From positions 1 to 54,768 of the forward strand of contig CAWHHI010000015.1 in the NCBI GenBank assembly GCA_963829055.1: a DNA stretch of 54,768 nucleotides, read 5' to 3'. Numbering within the stretch: position 1 is the stretch's first letter; each line of letters opens with the position of its first letter. This document shows positions 20,470 to 29,595 of this stretch, piece by piece. This stretch comes from an uncultured Gemmatimonadaceae bacterium (lineage in GTDB: Bacteria > Gemmatimonadota > Gemmatimonadetes > Gemmatimonadales > Gemmatimonadaceae). Made by a program: the position numbers and the translations under genes. Below the pieces are notes generated by a model. It did no database searches, had not been told where the DNA came from, and saw nothing but the letters and a program-made list of their open reading frames with translations.

Positions 20470-21066
20470 ATGCCTCAGTACTTCGACTTCACCGTCTCCC
20501 TCCAGGACGTCATCCCACGCCCGTGGCGACGCTTCCTCATTCGATCCACCTCCCGCTTCGCCGCTCTCCACTCGGCCATCCAGGACGCGTGCGGCTGGAC
20601 CAACTCGCACCTGTACCTCTTCCGCGCTGCCGGCGACTATCAGCACGACGTGATCGCGGGCCTGCGGCTCGAGGACGGCGACGACGACATGAACGGCCCG
20701 GTCCCGAGCGCCGAGCAGACACACGTCGCCAGGTACTTCGGTGTGGAGGGGCGCACGACGTGCCTCTACGTCTACGACTTCGGCGACGACTGGACGCACG
20801 ATGTGCAGCTCAACGACATCGTGACGCTGCCGGATCGCTTCACGCGCCGCTTGTTAGGCGGCGAGCACGCGTTTCCGCCGGACGATTCGGGCGGCGCGCA
20901 CCGCTACACGCTCATCCAGAAGGCGCTTCGAACCGGGAAGGATCCGGAAGGGCTGCTCGAGTGGGCGAGGGGTACGTGGGACTGGACGGGCGAGTTCGAT
21001 CTCGAGAAGACACGGCGTGCGTTCGACAAGGCGCCGAGGGCGTCAAGCGGTATCCAACCCTCGTAG
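20470..21066 (+). CDS. Plasmid pRiA4b ORF-3 family protein
   Basis: PWRRFLI..LHSAIQDACGWTNSHLYLF, YVYDFGDDWTHDV, GEHAFPPDDSGG. Confidence 0.85.
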   Translation: MPQYFDFTVSLQDVIPRPWRRFLIRSTSRFAALHSAIQDACGWTNSHLYLFRAAGDYQHDVIAGLRLEDGDDDMNGPVPSAEQTHVARYFGVEGRTTCLYVYDFGDDWTHDVQLNDIVTLPDRFTRRLLGGEHAFPPDDSGGAHRYTLIQKALRTGKDPEGLLEWARGTWDWTGEFDLEKTRRAFDKAPRASSGIQPS

Positions 21067-21172
21067 CGCGGCGAGTTTACGCTTCGTCCTCCGCCCTTCG
21101 GGCTGGGTGCGGGGTTTGCCTGACTCGGCCCGCGACGAGTTGGTAGTAATCGTGGCGACACCCGGAGGTACC

Positions 21173-21565
21173 ATGGCCGACGACATGGGCATTCTGCGCA
21201 CCGACGTGGAAATCGAGTCTCTGCTGCGAGAAGGGGACCGGCGACTGCTTCGCGATGTCCTGGTCGACACCGGGGCCGAGCTGTCGTGGGCGCCAGCGGC
21301 CGTCCTCGAGTCGCTTGGCATTACTCGCCGCAAGGCGATCCGCTTTCAGCAGGCCGACGGAACGGTTCTCGAGCGATGGGTTGGTTTCGCGATCGTTCAC
21401 GCGGGCGGGACGTTTACGAATGACGAGGTCGTGTTCGGCGAGCCCGGCGACCTGGTCTTGCTCGGCGCGCGCTCGCTCGAAGGACTGAATCTGAAGGTGG
21501 ATTTGGTTGGCAAGCGGCTGGTGTCGGCCGGGCCAATGCTCGCCGCCGCGGGACTAGCGGACTGA
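21173..21565 (+). CDS. Retropepsin-like (clan AA) aspartyl protease
   Basis: GGAGG RBS; LVDTGAE, ADG, LLGARSLEGLNL.VD. Confidence 0.8.
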   Translation: MADDMGILRTDVEIESLLREGDRRLLRDVLVDTGAELSWAPAAVLESLGITRRKAIRFQQADGTVLERWVGFAIVHAGGTFTNDEVVFGEPGDLVLLGARSLEGLNLKVDLVGKRLVSAGPMLAAAGLAD

Positions 21566-21578
21566 ATCGCAGTGTGTC

Positions 21579-21714
21579 GTCATTCCGAGCGGAGCCGCGA
21601 AGCGGCGCGGGTGCCCTCAGGGCGCATGAGGAATCCTCGCTGTCCGCGCCAGAGAGGCCCCTCTACTGCGGACGCACGGATTCCTCGACTCGCCTGCGGC
21701 TCGCTCGGAATGAC
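21579..21714. repeat. GTCATYCCGAG palindromic repeat (REP/MITE-like), full copy
   Basis: gtcattccgagcg...gaggaatcc...ggattcctc...cgctcggaatgac. Confidence 0.85.
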
Positions 21715-21763
21715 ACGTGCTATCGGCGCTCCGACGTGCTCCACTAGTACCGGCGACGCGCAC

Positions 21764-21785
21764 TGTCAGACCCCTCTGTTACCAT
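21764..21785 (+). promoter_or_regulatory. PafBC/RecA-NDp-like promoter
   Basis: TGTCAG-acccctctgt-TACCAT = TGTCRG-N10-TA-N3-T, 26 nt upstream of ATG 21812. Confidence 0.65.
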
Positions 21786-21811
21786 GTGAGCGTCCCGATC
21801 GGAGGCGCTCC

Positions 21812-23107
21812 ATGCAACACAAGGTTCTCGTCGACTACGAGCTCGCCGTCGCGCAGCAGGGCTTCATCGTGCGCGCGATGCTCAAGCTGGAAGGCCAGGC
21901 ACCCACGCGCGACAATCGCATCCCCCTCAACCTCTCCGTCGTCCTCGACCGCTCCGGCTCCATGGCCGGTGAGAAGCTGGCCGCTGCGCGCGATGCGGCC
22001 GCGATGCTCATCCGCCGGCTCCACCCTAACGACACCGTCAGCGTCGTCGCCTACGACGACGAAGTGATCACGGTCGCGGAGCCGGCCACGGGTGACACCC
22101 AGGCGTCGCTGCCGCAGCAGGTCCAGGCAATCCACCCCGGCGGCAGCACGAACCTGAGCGGCGGCTGGCTGCGCGGCCGAGAGCTGGTCGCTCGAGCGAA
22201 ACGTGAAGGAGGCGTCAATCGCGTCGTCCTCCTCACCGACGGACTCGCGAACGCCGGCATCACCGCGCCCGACCAGCTCCTCGGCCTGTGCCGGACCGCG
22301 TGCGGCGCGGGGATCACGACTACCACCATCGGCTTCGGCGCCGACTACGACGAGAAGCTCCTGCGCGGCATGGCCGACGCGGGCGGCGCGAACACGTACT
22401 ACATCGAGCGGCCCGATCAGGCCGCCGACGTGTTCGCCGAGGAGCTGGAGGGACTGCTCACGCTGTGTGCGCAGACGGTGGCGGTGGAGATCCGGCCGTC
22501 GGATGCCGTGACGCTCACCGCGATTCGGCATCAGTACCCCACGACCACGTTAGGCACGGGCGGTGCACGGCTCGAGCTCGGGGATGTCTACGCCCGCGAG
22601 CCGAAATCGGTGCTCGTCGAGTTCTTCGTGCCGGGACTTCCCGACGCTGGGAGCGACGAGCGCGACATTGCGATCGCGCAGATCACGCTCACGGCCCACG
22701 TCCTGACGGAGGGCGGCGGCGTCGAACGGCAGGAGATCGTCTTCCCGATCGTCACGCGTCTCTCGGCGGCGGGACACGCGGAGCCGGAAGTGCGGCGCGA
22801 GATGCTGCTGCTCGATGCAGCGAAAGCTCGCGAGGACGCGCTTCGCATGCGGGACGAGGGCGACTTCGGCGGCGCGGCCTCGATGCTTCGTGCCATGTCA
22901 ATGAAGATGGCCATAGCTCCGCAGCAGCTTGGGCCGGAGTTCGCTATGGAGCTGCGAGAGCAGGCGGTCGACCTCGAAGATGTCGCGAAGCAGTTCGCCC
23001 TGTCGGACGTGACGGAGGAGGACGCGAAGTATCTGGCGCAGCGTGCGTACAACGCGCACCGTAGCAAGCGCGCGTACGAGGCGAAGTTGTCTCGGCGGAA
23101 GGATTAG
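21812..23107 (+). CDS. von Willebrand factor A (vWA) domain protein
   Basis: GGAGG RBS; PLNLSVVLDRSGSM (MIDAS), GGSTNL, VLLTDGLAN, TIGFG. Confidence 0.9.
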   Translation: MQHKVLVDYELAVAQQGFIVRAMLKLEGQAPTRDNRIPLNLSVVLDRSGSMAGEKLAAARDAAAMLIRRLHPNDTVSVVAYDDEVITVAEPATGDTQASLPQQVQAIHPGGSTNLSGGWLRGRELVARAKREGGVNRVVLLTDGLANAGITAPDQLLGLCRTACGAGITTTTIGFGADYDEKLLRGMADAGGANTYYIERPDQAADVFAEELEGLLTLCAQTVAVEIRPSDAVTLTAIRHQYPTTTLGTGGARLELGDVYAREPKSVLVEFFVPGLPDAGSDERDIAIAQITLTAHVLTEGGGVERQEIVFPIVTRLSAAGHAEPEVRREMLLLDAAKAREDALRMRDEGDFGGAASMLRAMSMKMAIAPQQLGPEFAMELREQAVDLEDVAKQFALSDVTEEDAKYLAQRAYNAHRSKRAYEAKLSRRKD

Positions 23108-23233
23108 TCATTCCGAGCGAAGCGCCGCCAGGCGCGGAGTCGAGGAATCGCGATCATACTGGTAGAGGGGTCACTCTATCCTGACAGTCGCGATTCCTCG
23201 ACTCCGGCCCTTCGGGCCTGCGCTCGGAATGAC
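23107..23233. repeat. GTCATYCCGAG palindromic repeat, full copy, between vWA and pafB
   Basis: gtcattccgagcg...gaggaatcgcga...tcgcgattcctc...cgctcggaatgac. Confidence 0.85.
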
Positions 23234-23257
23234 ACGCTCCACCAACCGCACAATACT

Positions 23258-24505
23258 GTGACTCCGAACGACCCTCTTTTCGATGATGACGACGATCCTC
23301 CCCCGGATCGCAGTCTCACCACGAGCGAGCAGAAGCTGCAGCGCTGGGTCGATCTCCTGGCGGCGCTGCTCATCCGCCAGCGTCATGCACCGTTCGACGA
23401 GCTGGCCAAGGACGTTCCGGGCTACGACGTCGCGAACGCGCAGCGCGACAGCGTCATGCGGACGTTCGAGCGCGACAAGGACGAGCTCCGCCGCTTCGGC
23501 GTGCCGATCGACACGGTGAAAGACGGCGAAGGCGACACGCTCGGCTACCGACTCGATCGCAAGGCGTTCTACCTGCCGTACCTCGTGGTGTCCGGTCACG
23601 AACGTGCGGCGCATGGGCCGCGGAAGGTGGACCACGACGGCTATCGCGCGCTCCAGACACTCGCCTTCGAGCCGGACGAGCTCGACGCGATCATCCAGGC
23701 CGCGGTACGCGTCCGCTCACTCGGCGATCCTACCCTCGCTCGCGAGGCAGAAGCCGCCATCCGGAAGCTCGCGCTCGACCTCCCGTTAGGCGCCGTTCTC
23801 GCGGACGTCGCGTCGCCGATAATGGCCGAGAAGCGTCTGATCAAGTTCATGCGGACCGAGGCGCCGAAGGAAGCGGCGTCGGCGTCATTCTCGCGCAAGT
23901 TCCAGGCGCTGATCGTTCCGCCAAAGCGTCAGGCAGATCCCCCGGTCTTCGATCGCTTGAGCGACGCACTGGCGCGGCGGAAGGTCGTCAGCTTCGACTA
24001 CTTCGCGATGGAGCGCGGCGAGCAGTCGCGCCGCACCGTCGAGCCGTATGGCCTGTTCTTCGTGAGCTCGCACTGGTACCTGGCGGGTCGTGACTCGGGT
24101 CGCGATGCGCTGCGCAACTTTCGCCTGAATCGCATCTCGAGCGTCGAGGTGAATTCGAAGAAGTCGCAGTCCGCCGACTACGAGATACCGGACGACTTCT
24201 CGTTGCGCGATCACGCGCAGGCGCGCGAGCCGTGGGAGATTGGCGATGGCGAGGCGACTGCCGCGATCGTCGAGTTCACCGCGACGACGGGTGCGACACA
24301 GGCCGCGCTCAGGCTCGGACGTCCGGTCGAAGGTAACGAGCATCGTCGTCAGTTCGACGTTCGTCGCCCTGATGCATTCGCGCGGTGGCTGCTCTCGTTC
24401 GGCGGTGATGCTCGTCCCATCGAGCCAGCCGAAGTTCGCGCGGCGTACGAGACTGCGGCGTCGGAGACGCTTGGCCGGTACGCGAGAGTCCCTAACGATG
24501 AGTGA
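23258..24505 (+). CDS. pafB: PafB-like wHTH-WYL-WCX transcriptional regulator
   Basis: KLQRWVDLLAALL...VPGY...RTFERDKDELRRFGVPI matches the PafB N-terminus; RRTVEPYGL, HWYLAG, FRLNRI. Confidence 0.8.
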   Translation: MTPNDPLFDDDDDPPPDRSLTTSEQKLQRWVDLLAALLIRQRHAPFDELAKDVPGYDVANAQRDSVMRTFERDKDELRRFGVPIDTVKDGEGDTLGYRLDRKAFYLPYLVVSGHERAAHGPRKVDHDGYRALQTLAFEPDELDAIIQAAVRVRSLGDPTLAREAEAAIRKLALDLPLGAVLADVASPIMAEKRLIKFMRTEAPKEAASASFSRKFQALIVPPKRQADPPVFDRLSDALARRKVVSFDYFAMERGEQSRRTVEPYGLFFVSSHWYLAGRDSGRDALRNFRLNRISSVEVNSKKSQSADYEIPDDFSLRDHAQAREPWEIGDGEATAAIVEFTATTGATQAALRLGRPVEGNEHRRQFDVRRPDAFARWLLSFGGDARPIEPAEVRAAYETAASETLGRYARVPNDE

Positions 24506-25461
24506 GACAGCCGCCGCGCGCCTCCGGCGCATCCTGCTGCTCATCCCGCATCTCGCGGATGGCGACGAGCATCGCGTCGCTGACCTGGCTCGCGCCGTTG
24601 GTGCCGACCGTGAGACGCTCGTGCGCGATCTCGAGACCCTGGTCACGCGCGATGACGACCCGGGCGGGTTCGTGCCGGGCGTGCAGATCTACTTCACGGG
24701 TGACCGCGTGTCGCTCACGAGCACCCCATTCCGGCGTCCCATGCGACTGACGGCCTCGGAGCTCGGCGCGCTGGAGCTCGGCCTCGCAATGCTGAGGGCG
24801 GAGCGTCCGCCTGACGAGCGGAAGGCGGTGAACGGCGCGCTCGAGCGGCTGCGTGCGGCGATGGTGCACATTCCGTCGGACGCAGTCGCGGCGGGTCAAC
24901 GCGAGGCGTCGCTTGCCGGACCCGGGCGACGCGACGACGCTCGCGACGGTGCAGCGCGCTATGGCAGCGCGAAGGAAGATCGCGATTACGTACCGTGGTG
25001 GCTCGAAGGAAGCGGCGACGGATCGTACGGTGCAGCCATACGCGTTGGTCGTCGCGTCAGGCAGCTGGTATGTCCTCGGACACTGCGAGTCGAGCGTCGG
25101 TATTCGATCGTTTCGACTGGACCGCATCGAGCGAATCGAGGAGCGGGCGGAGTCGTACGAGATTCCGGCGACGTTCTCGGTGGACGAGCACCTGAGCGAC
25201 CGCAAGGTGTTGCGCGCCGGACAGCCGCGGTGGATGCGCGTGCGCTACTCGCCCCGCATCGCGCGGTGGATCGCCGAGCGGGAAGGGAGGGAGCTGGAGC
25301 CGGACGGGTCGTTGACGATGGAACACCCGCTCGCCGACATCCAGTGGGGCGTCAGGCATGTGCTGCAGTACGGACCGGACGCCGAGGTGCTCGAGCCAGC
25401 GGACGTGCGCGACGAGCTCACCCGGCGTCTCGCGGGGCTCGTCGCGCGCACGCCTGCGTAG
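24498..25461 (+). CDS. pafC: PafC-like wHTH-WYL-WCX regulator (frameshift near 24925)
   Basis: RLRRILLLIPHL...RDLETL...RPMRLTASE; RTVQPYAL, WYVLGHC, FRLDRI, LQYGPDAEVLEP; overlaps the pafB stop. Confidence 0.8.
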
Positions 25462-25489
25462 TCGGTCGTCGAGCCAGTATAGCCAGCGC

Positions 25490-25944
25490 CTAACGCCGAC
25501 GCATGCGCACGAAGATGATCCCGCCGCGTTGCGTCGAACCGTGCAGCAGGAAGGCGTCGACGGCGGTGATGTAGTGAATCTCCGCGACGGCGTCGGCCGG
25601 AATGGATAGCAGCGTCGACACCGGGCCGGCTACGAGGCCGTCGATGTACACCGTCGGGTCGGCTGAACCCTCCACCGCGTCATGGTCGCGGCGCAGGAAC
25701 TCCGGCCGCAGCCGCGAGACGATCTCGTAGACCGAGTTCGTGGGAAACGACCCGAGCTCCGCCGCGGTGATGGTGTGGCTGCTCGGCCTCAGGCGGGCCT
25801 GGCGCGCGCGAGCGATGACTCGGACGAGCCGCCAAGGCTGCTGGAGAACTGAGTTGGCCGGGCGCAGCCGGCCCCCGCCACGACGAGCACAACGAACGTG
25901 AGTGCGAGCGACCAGCGGCCGACTCGCGACGCATATGAGTGCAT
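25490..25944 (-). CDS. Small TonB-plug-like lipoprotein (frameshifted)
   Basis: Lipobox-like AGAGC; ITAAEL...YEIVSRLRPEFL...VYIDG...IPADAVAEI...GGIIFV. Confidence 0.65.
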
Positions 25945-26116
25945 GACCCGTTTCCGTGATTGGTGTAGGTGTGCGTTGTGTAAACGCAACCCAGCCGGAA
26001 ATCAGGTCATGCACGGACGTTCAGCGAGTCACGCATCGTACTGCCGTCGCTTTCTTCGTAGCGACTTCTCGCTCCGGTCCGCCCGCGCCGTCATGATCCT
26101 GTTCGCCGAAGACTGC

Positions 26117-26569
26117 CTAACGGCGCGTGCGGACGGCAATGATGCCGCCGGAGTGCACCGGCCCATACTGCTTGACGGCTTCGGCTGGCGTGATGTACCG
26201 GATCTCGGTGACGATGATAGCGGGTATATCCGAGAGCAGCGGCAGCGGACCAGCATCCGTCCTATCAATGTAGACGGTGGGGTGACTGACAGCGCCGGCG
26301 ATCCCGGGAACGGTCCGTAAGAACTCGGGTCGCAGCCGGAACACCAGCTCGTAGGCCGAGTTCGCGCGAACCGTCTTGAATTCGGCTCTCGTGACTCTGC
26401 GTCTGGCCGAGCTCATCGGAGCGTCGGGCGGTACCGCCCAAGGGCCGGACACACTGAGAGCAATGAGCGAGCACCGCGTCGCCTGGCTCCAGCAAGCAGC
26501 CAGAGCCGAGAGCGCGGCACGGATGAGTGCGATTGGCCGGCGGCCGACTCGCGAAGTATATGAAGGCAT
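26117..26569 (-). CDS. Small TonB-plug-like lipoprotein paralogue
   Basis: LAAC; AYELVFRLRPEFL...VYID...IPA..VTEIRY...YG...GGIIAVRT. Confidence 0.65.
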   Translation of the reverse strand: MPSYTSRVGRRPIALIRAALSALAACWSQATRCSLIALSVSGPWAVPPDAPMSSARRRVTRAEFKTVRANSAYELVFRLRPEFLRTVPGIAGAVSHPTVYIDRTDAGPLPLLSDIPAIIVTEIRYITPAEAVKQYGPVHSGGIIAVRTRR

Positions 26570-27000
26570 TTTGCTATCTCCTCAATTGGGTTACTACGGG
26601 CTACGCTTCGTTAGGCGCGACCTACCGCGGAATCGAGCCATCCCGCGAACACCGTCGAAACAAGAAGGGTGTGCAGTGTGAGGATGGCATCGGGCTATCA
26701 AACGCCAGTCAAACCGGAATGAATACGAGCGTGTAGCCACATCAATTCGTCACCGCTTCGCCGTTCGTTCGCCGCTTGACACGATTTCAAGGGAGGCCCA
26801 GGGTACAGGCCCCGCTGGTGACTTCTTCAATCAGCCCGTTGCCGAACGCGCGCGCGGAACCGTCTTCTCGACCGACGGTACGGGTTTCCGCGTCAGTGAC
26901 AACGATTTCGCCGACGTGAATCCCGACTACGCGGATCGAGTTCAACGCGTTCAGTCCGCTCCGGACGTTCTCGGCCGTCGGCAGCAACGAGGCGCAGACG

Positions 27001-27360
27001 GGCGCTGCGGACGAGTCACGTCTCACCGACAGCACGCGCGAGGCGTTAGGCGCGTCCTACTGGTGGGTCATGGACCTCGCCGGCTCGGTGTGGGAGCGCG
27101 CGGTCACGATCGGCCATCCGCGCGGACGCGCGTTTCGCGGGACGCACGGCGACGGGAATATCCGGGACTACGGGATGCCGACGAACGAGGATTACTACGA
27201 GCGAGCCCGCGAGCAACCACGCGCATCGGCTACCGCGCCCGAGCTCAATCCGTACAGCCCTGTGGAGTGGCGGAACTACGGCTCGTGGGGCGGGGGACCG
27301 AGAGGGGTGGCCTACGGGTTCCGCGCAGTGCGCACGACTGACTCGGCACGACCACGCTGA
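27001..27360 (+). pseudogene. C-terminal remnant of a SUMF1/EgtB/PvdO (FGE-sulfatase) family gene
   Basis: GASYWWVMDLAGSVWER...YGFRAVRT; N-terminal part missing. Confidence 0.55.
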
Positions 27361-27390
27361 TCGGATCACACGGACGACCTTCCGCGCGAG

Positions 27391-27624
27391 TCAGCCAACA
27401 CCCTTCTTGCGGCGCGACCGCCACTCCATCGTTAGCCGCCGTCCGCTGGCTGCGCATTCGCGCAGGTAGAGATTAATCAGAGTCTGGTACGGAATCTCTG
27501 ACTCTACCGACATTGCCTTGAAGTACTCGATGGTCGCGTCGTCGAGTCGAATCGTAACCGAGCGCTTCAGCTTCGCGGCGTACGGGTTAGCCCGACCCTT
27601 CGAAAAGTCGTATTCGCGTTTCAT
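27391..27624 (-). CDS. brnA: BrnA-family antitoxin
   Basis: MKREYDFSKG..NPY...VTIRLD...YFK.....IPYQTLINLYLR. Confidence 0.85.
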   Translation of the reverse strand: MKREYDFSKGRANPYAAKLKRSVTIRLDDATIEYFKAMSVESEIPYQTLINLYLRECAASGRRLTMEWRSRRKKGVG

Positions 27625-27932
27625 GAGCGAGGTCGCGCGTCGTACTGGGCGCGTTCAGATCGAGTGGCTTTCCGGGCAGAGATCAGGCGAATCGTGCGAT
27701 CGGCGTCTCGGTAGCAGTGGACGACCACGAGTAGGCGAAGTGCACTGCTCAGTCCGAGCAAGACGAGGCGTTCTTCGTCATGGGCCGCGTCCGGGTCATC
27801 GAGCAGAATCGCATGGTCGTCACTGAAGACGCTTCGAGCTTCGGCGAACGCCACACCGTGCTTCAACACGTTTCGAATCGCCTTCGCCGAATCCCATTCG
27901 AAACGCAGGCGCCCCGGTGGAGTAATGTACAT
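27621..27932 (-). CDS. brnT: BrnT-family ribonuclease toxin
   Basis: FEWDSAKA..N..KHGVAF.EA..VF.D...EER...IRLISARKAT..ER..Y. Confidence 0.9.
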   Translation of the reverse strand: MYITPPGRLRFEWDSAKAIRNVLKHGVAFAEARSVFSDDHAILLDDPDAAHDEERLVLLGLSSALRLLVVVHCYRDADRTIRLISARKATRSERAQYDARPRS

Positions 27933-27945
27933 ATATCGTATGTAC
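27927..27945. promoter_or_regulatory. Palindromic operator overlapping the brnT start
   Basis: GTACATA-tatcg-TATGTAC. Confidence 0.6.
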
Positions 27946-28122
27946 GAAGGCAACCGACATGGATGATGAGGCCAGCTGCACGGGCGACCGGCACGATACC
28001 GATCCCGGTGGGACAACGGCCATCGATTCGTCGCTGGCGAAGCCCTATTATTTCGAGCGTCGGCCGTCGACGCGGCCGAGCCGCATCGGTAGCGCGCTGA
28101 TCCTCTGACCCTCCCTCCACCA

Positions 28123-28789
28123 GTGTCGCTCGTGGACAATCCGCTGACCGACGTCGAGGCCCGCGTCCTCGGCTCCCTCATCGAGAAGGAGATGACGACA
28201 CCGGATCACTATCCGCTGTCGCTCAACGCGCTGACGAACGCGTGCAACCAGTCCTCGAACCGCGAGCCCGTCGTGCAGTATGACGAGCACACGGTCGCTC
28301 GCGCCGTCGAGACGCTCCGCGTGCGGGCGCTCGTGCGCGCCATCCAGCAGAGCGGGTCACGCGTGACGAAGTACCGCCACCTCGTGGGCGAGGCGATGGG
28401 GCTCATCGCGCGCCAGGAGGCAGTCCTGTGCGTGTTGATGCTTCGCGGCCCGCAGACGCTCGCGGAGCTTCGCACGCGCAGCAGTCGTCTCGCGACCTTC
28501 GAGAGCCTCGATGACGTGGAGACATCGCTCAACCAGCTGATCGCCCGCGAGCCGTCCGCGCTCGCGGTTCGGCTCCCGCGTCGGCCGGGACAGAAGGAGG
28601 CGCGCTACGCGCACCTGCTGTCCGGCGAAGTGTCGTTCGACACCCCGGACACCCCCGACAATGTGCCGGCGCGAGCAGCGGCCGGGCGTCGACCGGATCG
28701 GAGCGCTCGAAGCATCTGTGGATGAGCTGCGGAAGGAAGTCATTGACCTCCGAAATCAGCTCGACTCCTTCAGGAAGCAGTTCGAGTAG
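28123..28789 (+). CDS. yceH: YceH (DUF480) family protein (frameshift near 28685)
   Basis: EARVLGSLIEKEMTTPDHYPLSLNAL..ACNQ.SNREPV, LMLRGPQT..EL, EARYAHLL, C-terminal coiled coil. Confidence 0.9.
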
Positions 28790-28840
28790 CAGCCACTATC
28801 GACCTCGCCCAGGCAAGTGCCCAGTCGCCCATACCGCTGT

Positions 28841-29296
28841 TCATCGTGCCGAATGCTTCGCCGAGGTCGTCACGGCAATGACGCCGCTGTTATGCCGGCC
28901 GCCATACAGGGTCGCAGCCTCGCCGGAAGTGAAGCGCCGCACGTTCACTACTGACCGCGCAGGAATCCTGTCGAGCACCTCGATTCCACCGAGCAGAACG
29001 CCGTCGACGTACACATGAGTGGCGTGCGCGTCCTCGACGCCTGTGGGTCCGAGGTCGTGCACGGCACTCACTTCACGCGGAGCGAGCATCCACGGCCTTA
29101 GTGTGCGAACGACGTCGGCAGCGGTGTCCATCCGCCACATCACCGGTTGCATCTCGACGAGCGGGAGGTTGTTCGCACTCGTGAGCGGGTCCGTGCCACT
29201 GGCTCGCCTGGACGATGACGTGCAGCAGCCGAGTGCCGCCAAGGATGTGAAAGCGCTGAGGTACGCGGCGTGCCGGGCGTGCGACGGGGTGAACAT
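28841..29296 (-). CDS. Small TonB-plug-like lipoprotein paralogue
   Basis: ALGC; ADVVRTLRPWML...VYVDG...IPARSV.....A...YG...GVIAVTT. Confidence 0.65.
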   Translation of the reverse strand: MFTPSHARHAAYLSAFTSLAALGCCTSSSRRASGTDPLTSANNLPLVEMQPVMWRMDTAADVVRTLRPWMLAPREVSAVHDLGPTGVEDAHATHVYVDGVLLGGIEVLDRIPARSVVNVRRFTSGEAATLYGGRHNSGVIAVTTSAKHSAR

Positions 29297-29595
29297 TAAC
29301 GCCTCCGACAGCAGGGCGAGCAATCGCTCGGCGACCACTAGTGTGCGGGCAGCACCGCCGTCACTCTGGGCGCAAAGGCGCAGCGACTATGGGCGAGGAT
29401 CACACCCGGCGCATCGGACGTCTGTCCCATCTTGCCAACCCCGACTGGCTATCGCGCGACGACGGACGGGGCCGCTTGCGGTATGAGAACAGGACCCCAT
29501 GTTGGAAGCAGAACTTCGGTCCATCGAACGCCGTAGCTCTACCAGATCCCATTGAACCAGCGTTAGGTTGCGTGCACCGGCGGAGGTACCTCGCC

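Noticed and set aside
27938..27959. Minus-strand TGTCGG upstream of brnT as a PafBC promoter
   Set aside because: Spacing to a TA-N3-T hexamer does not fit; the region is explained by the TA operator.
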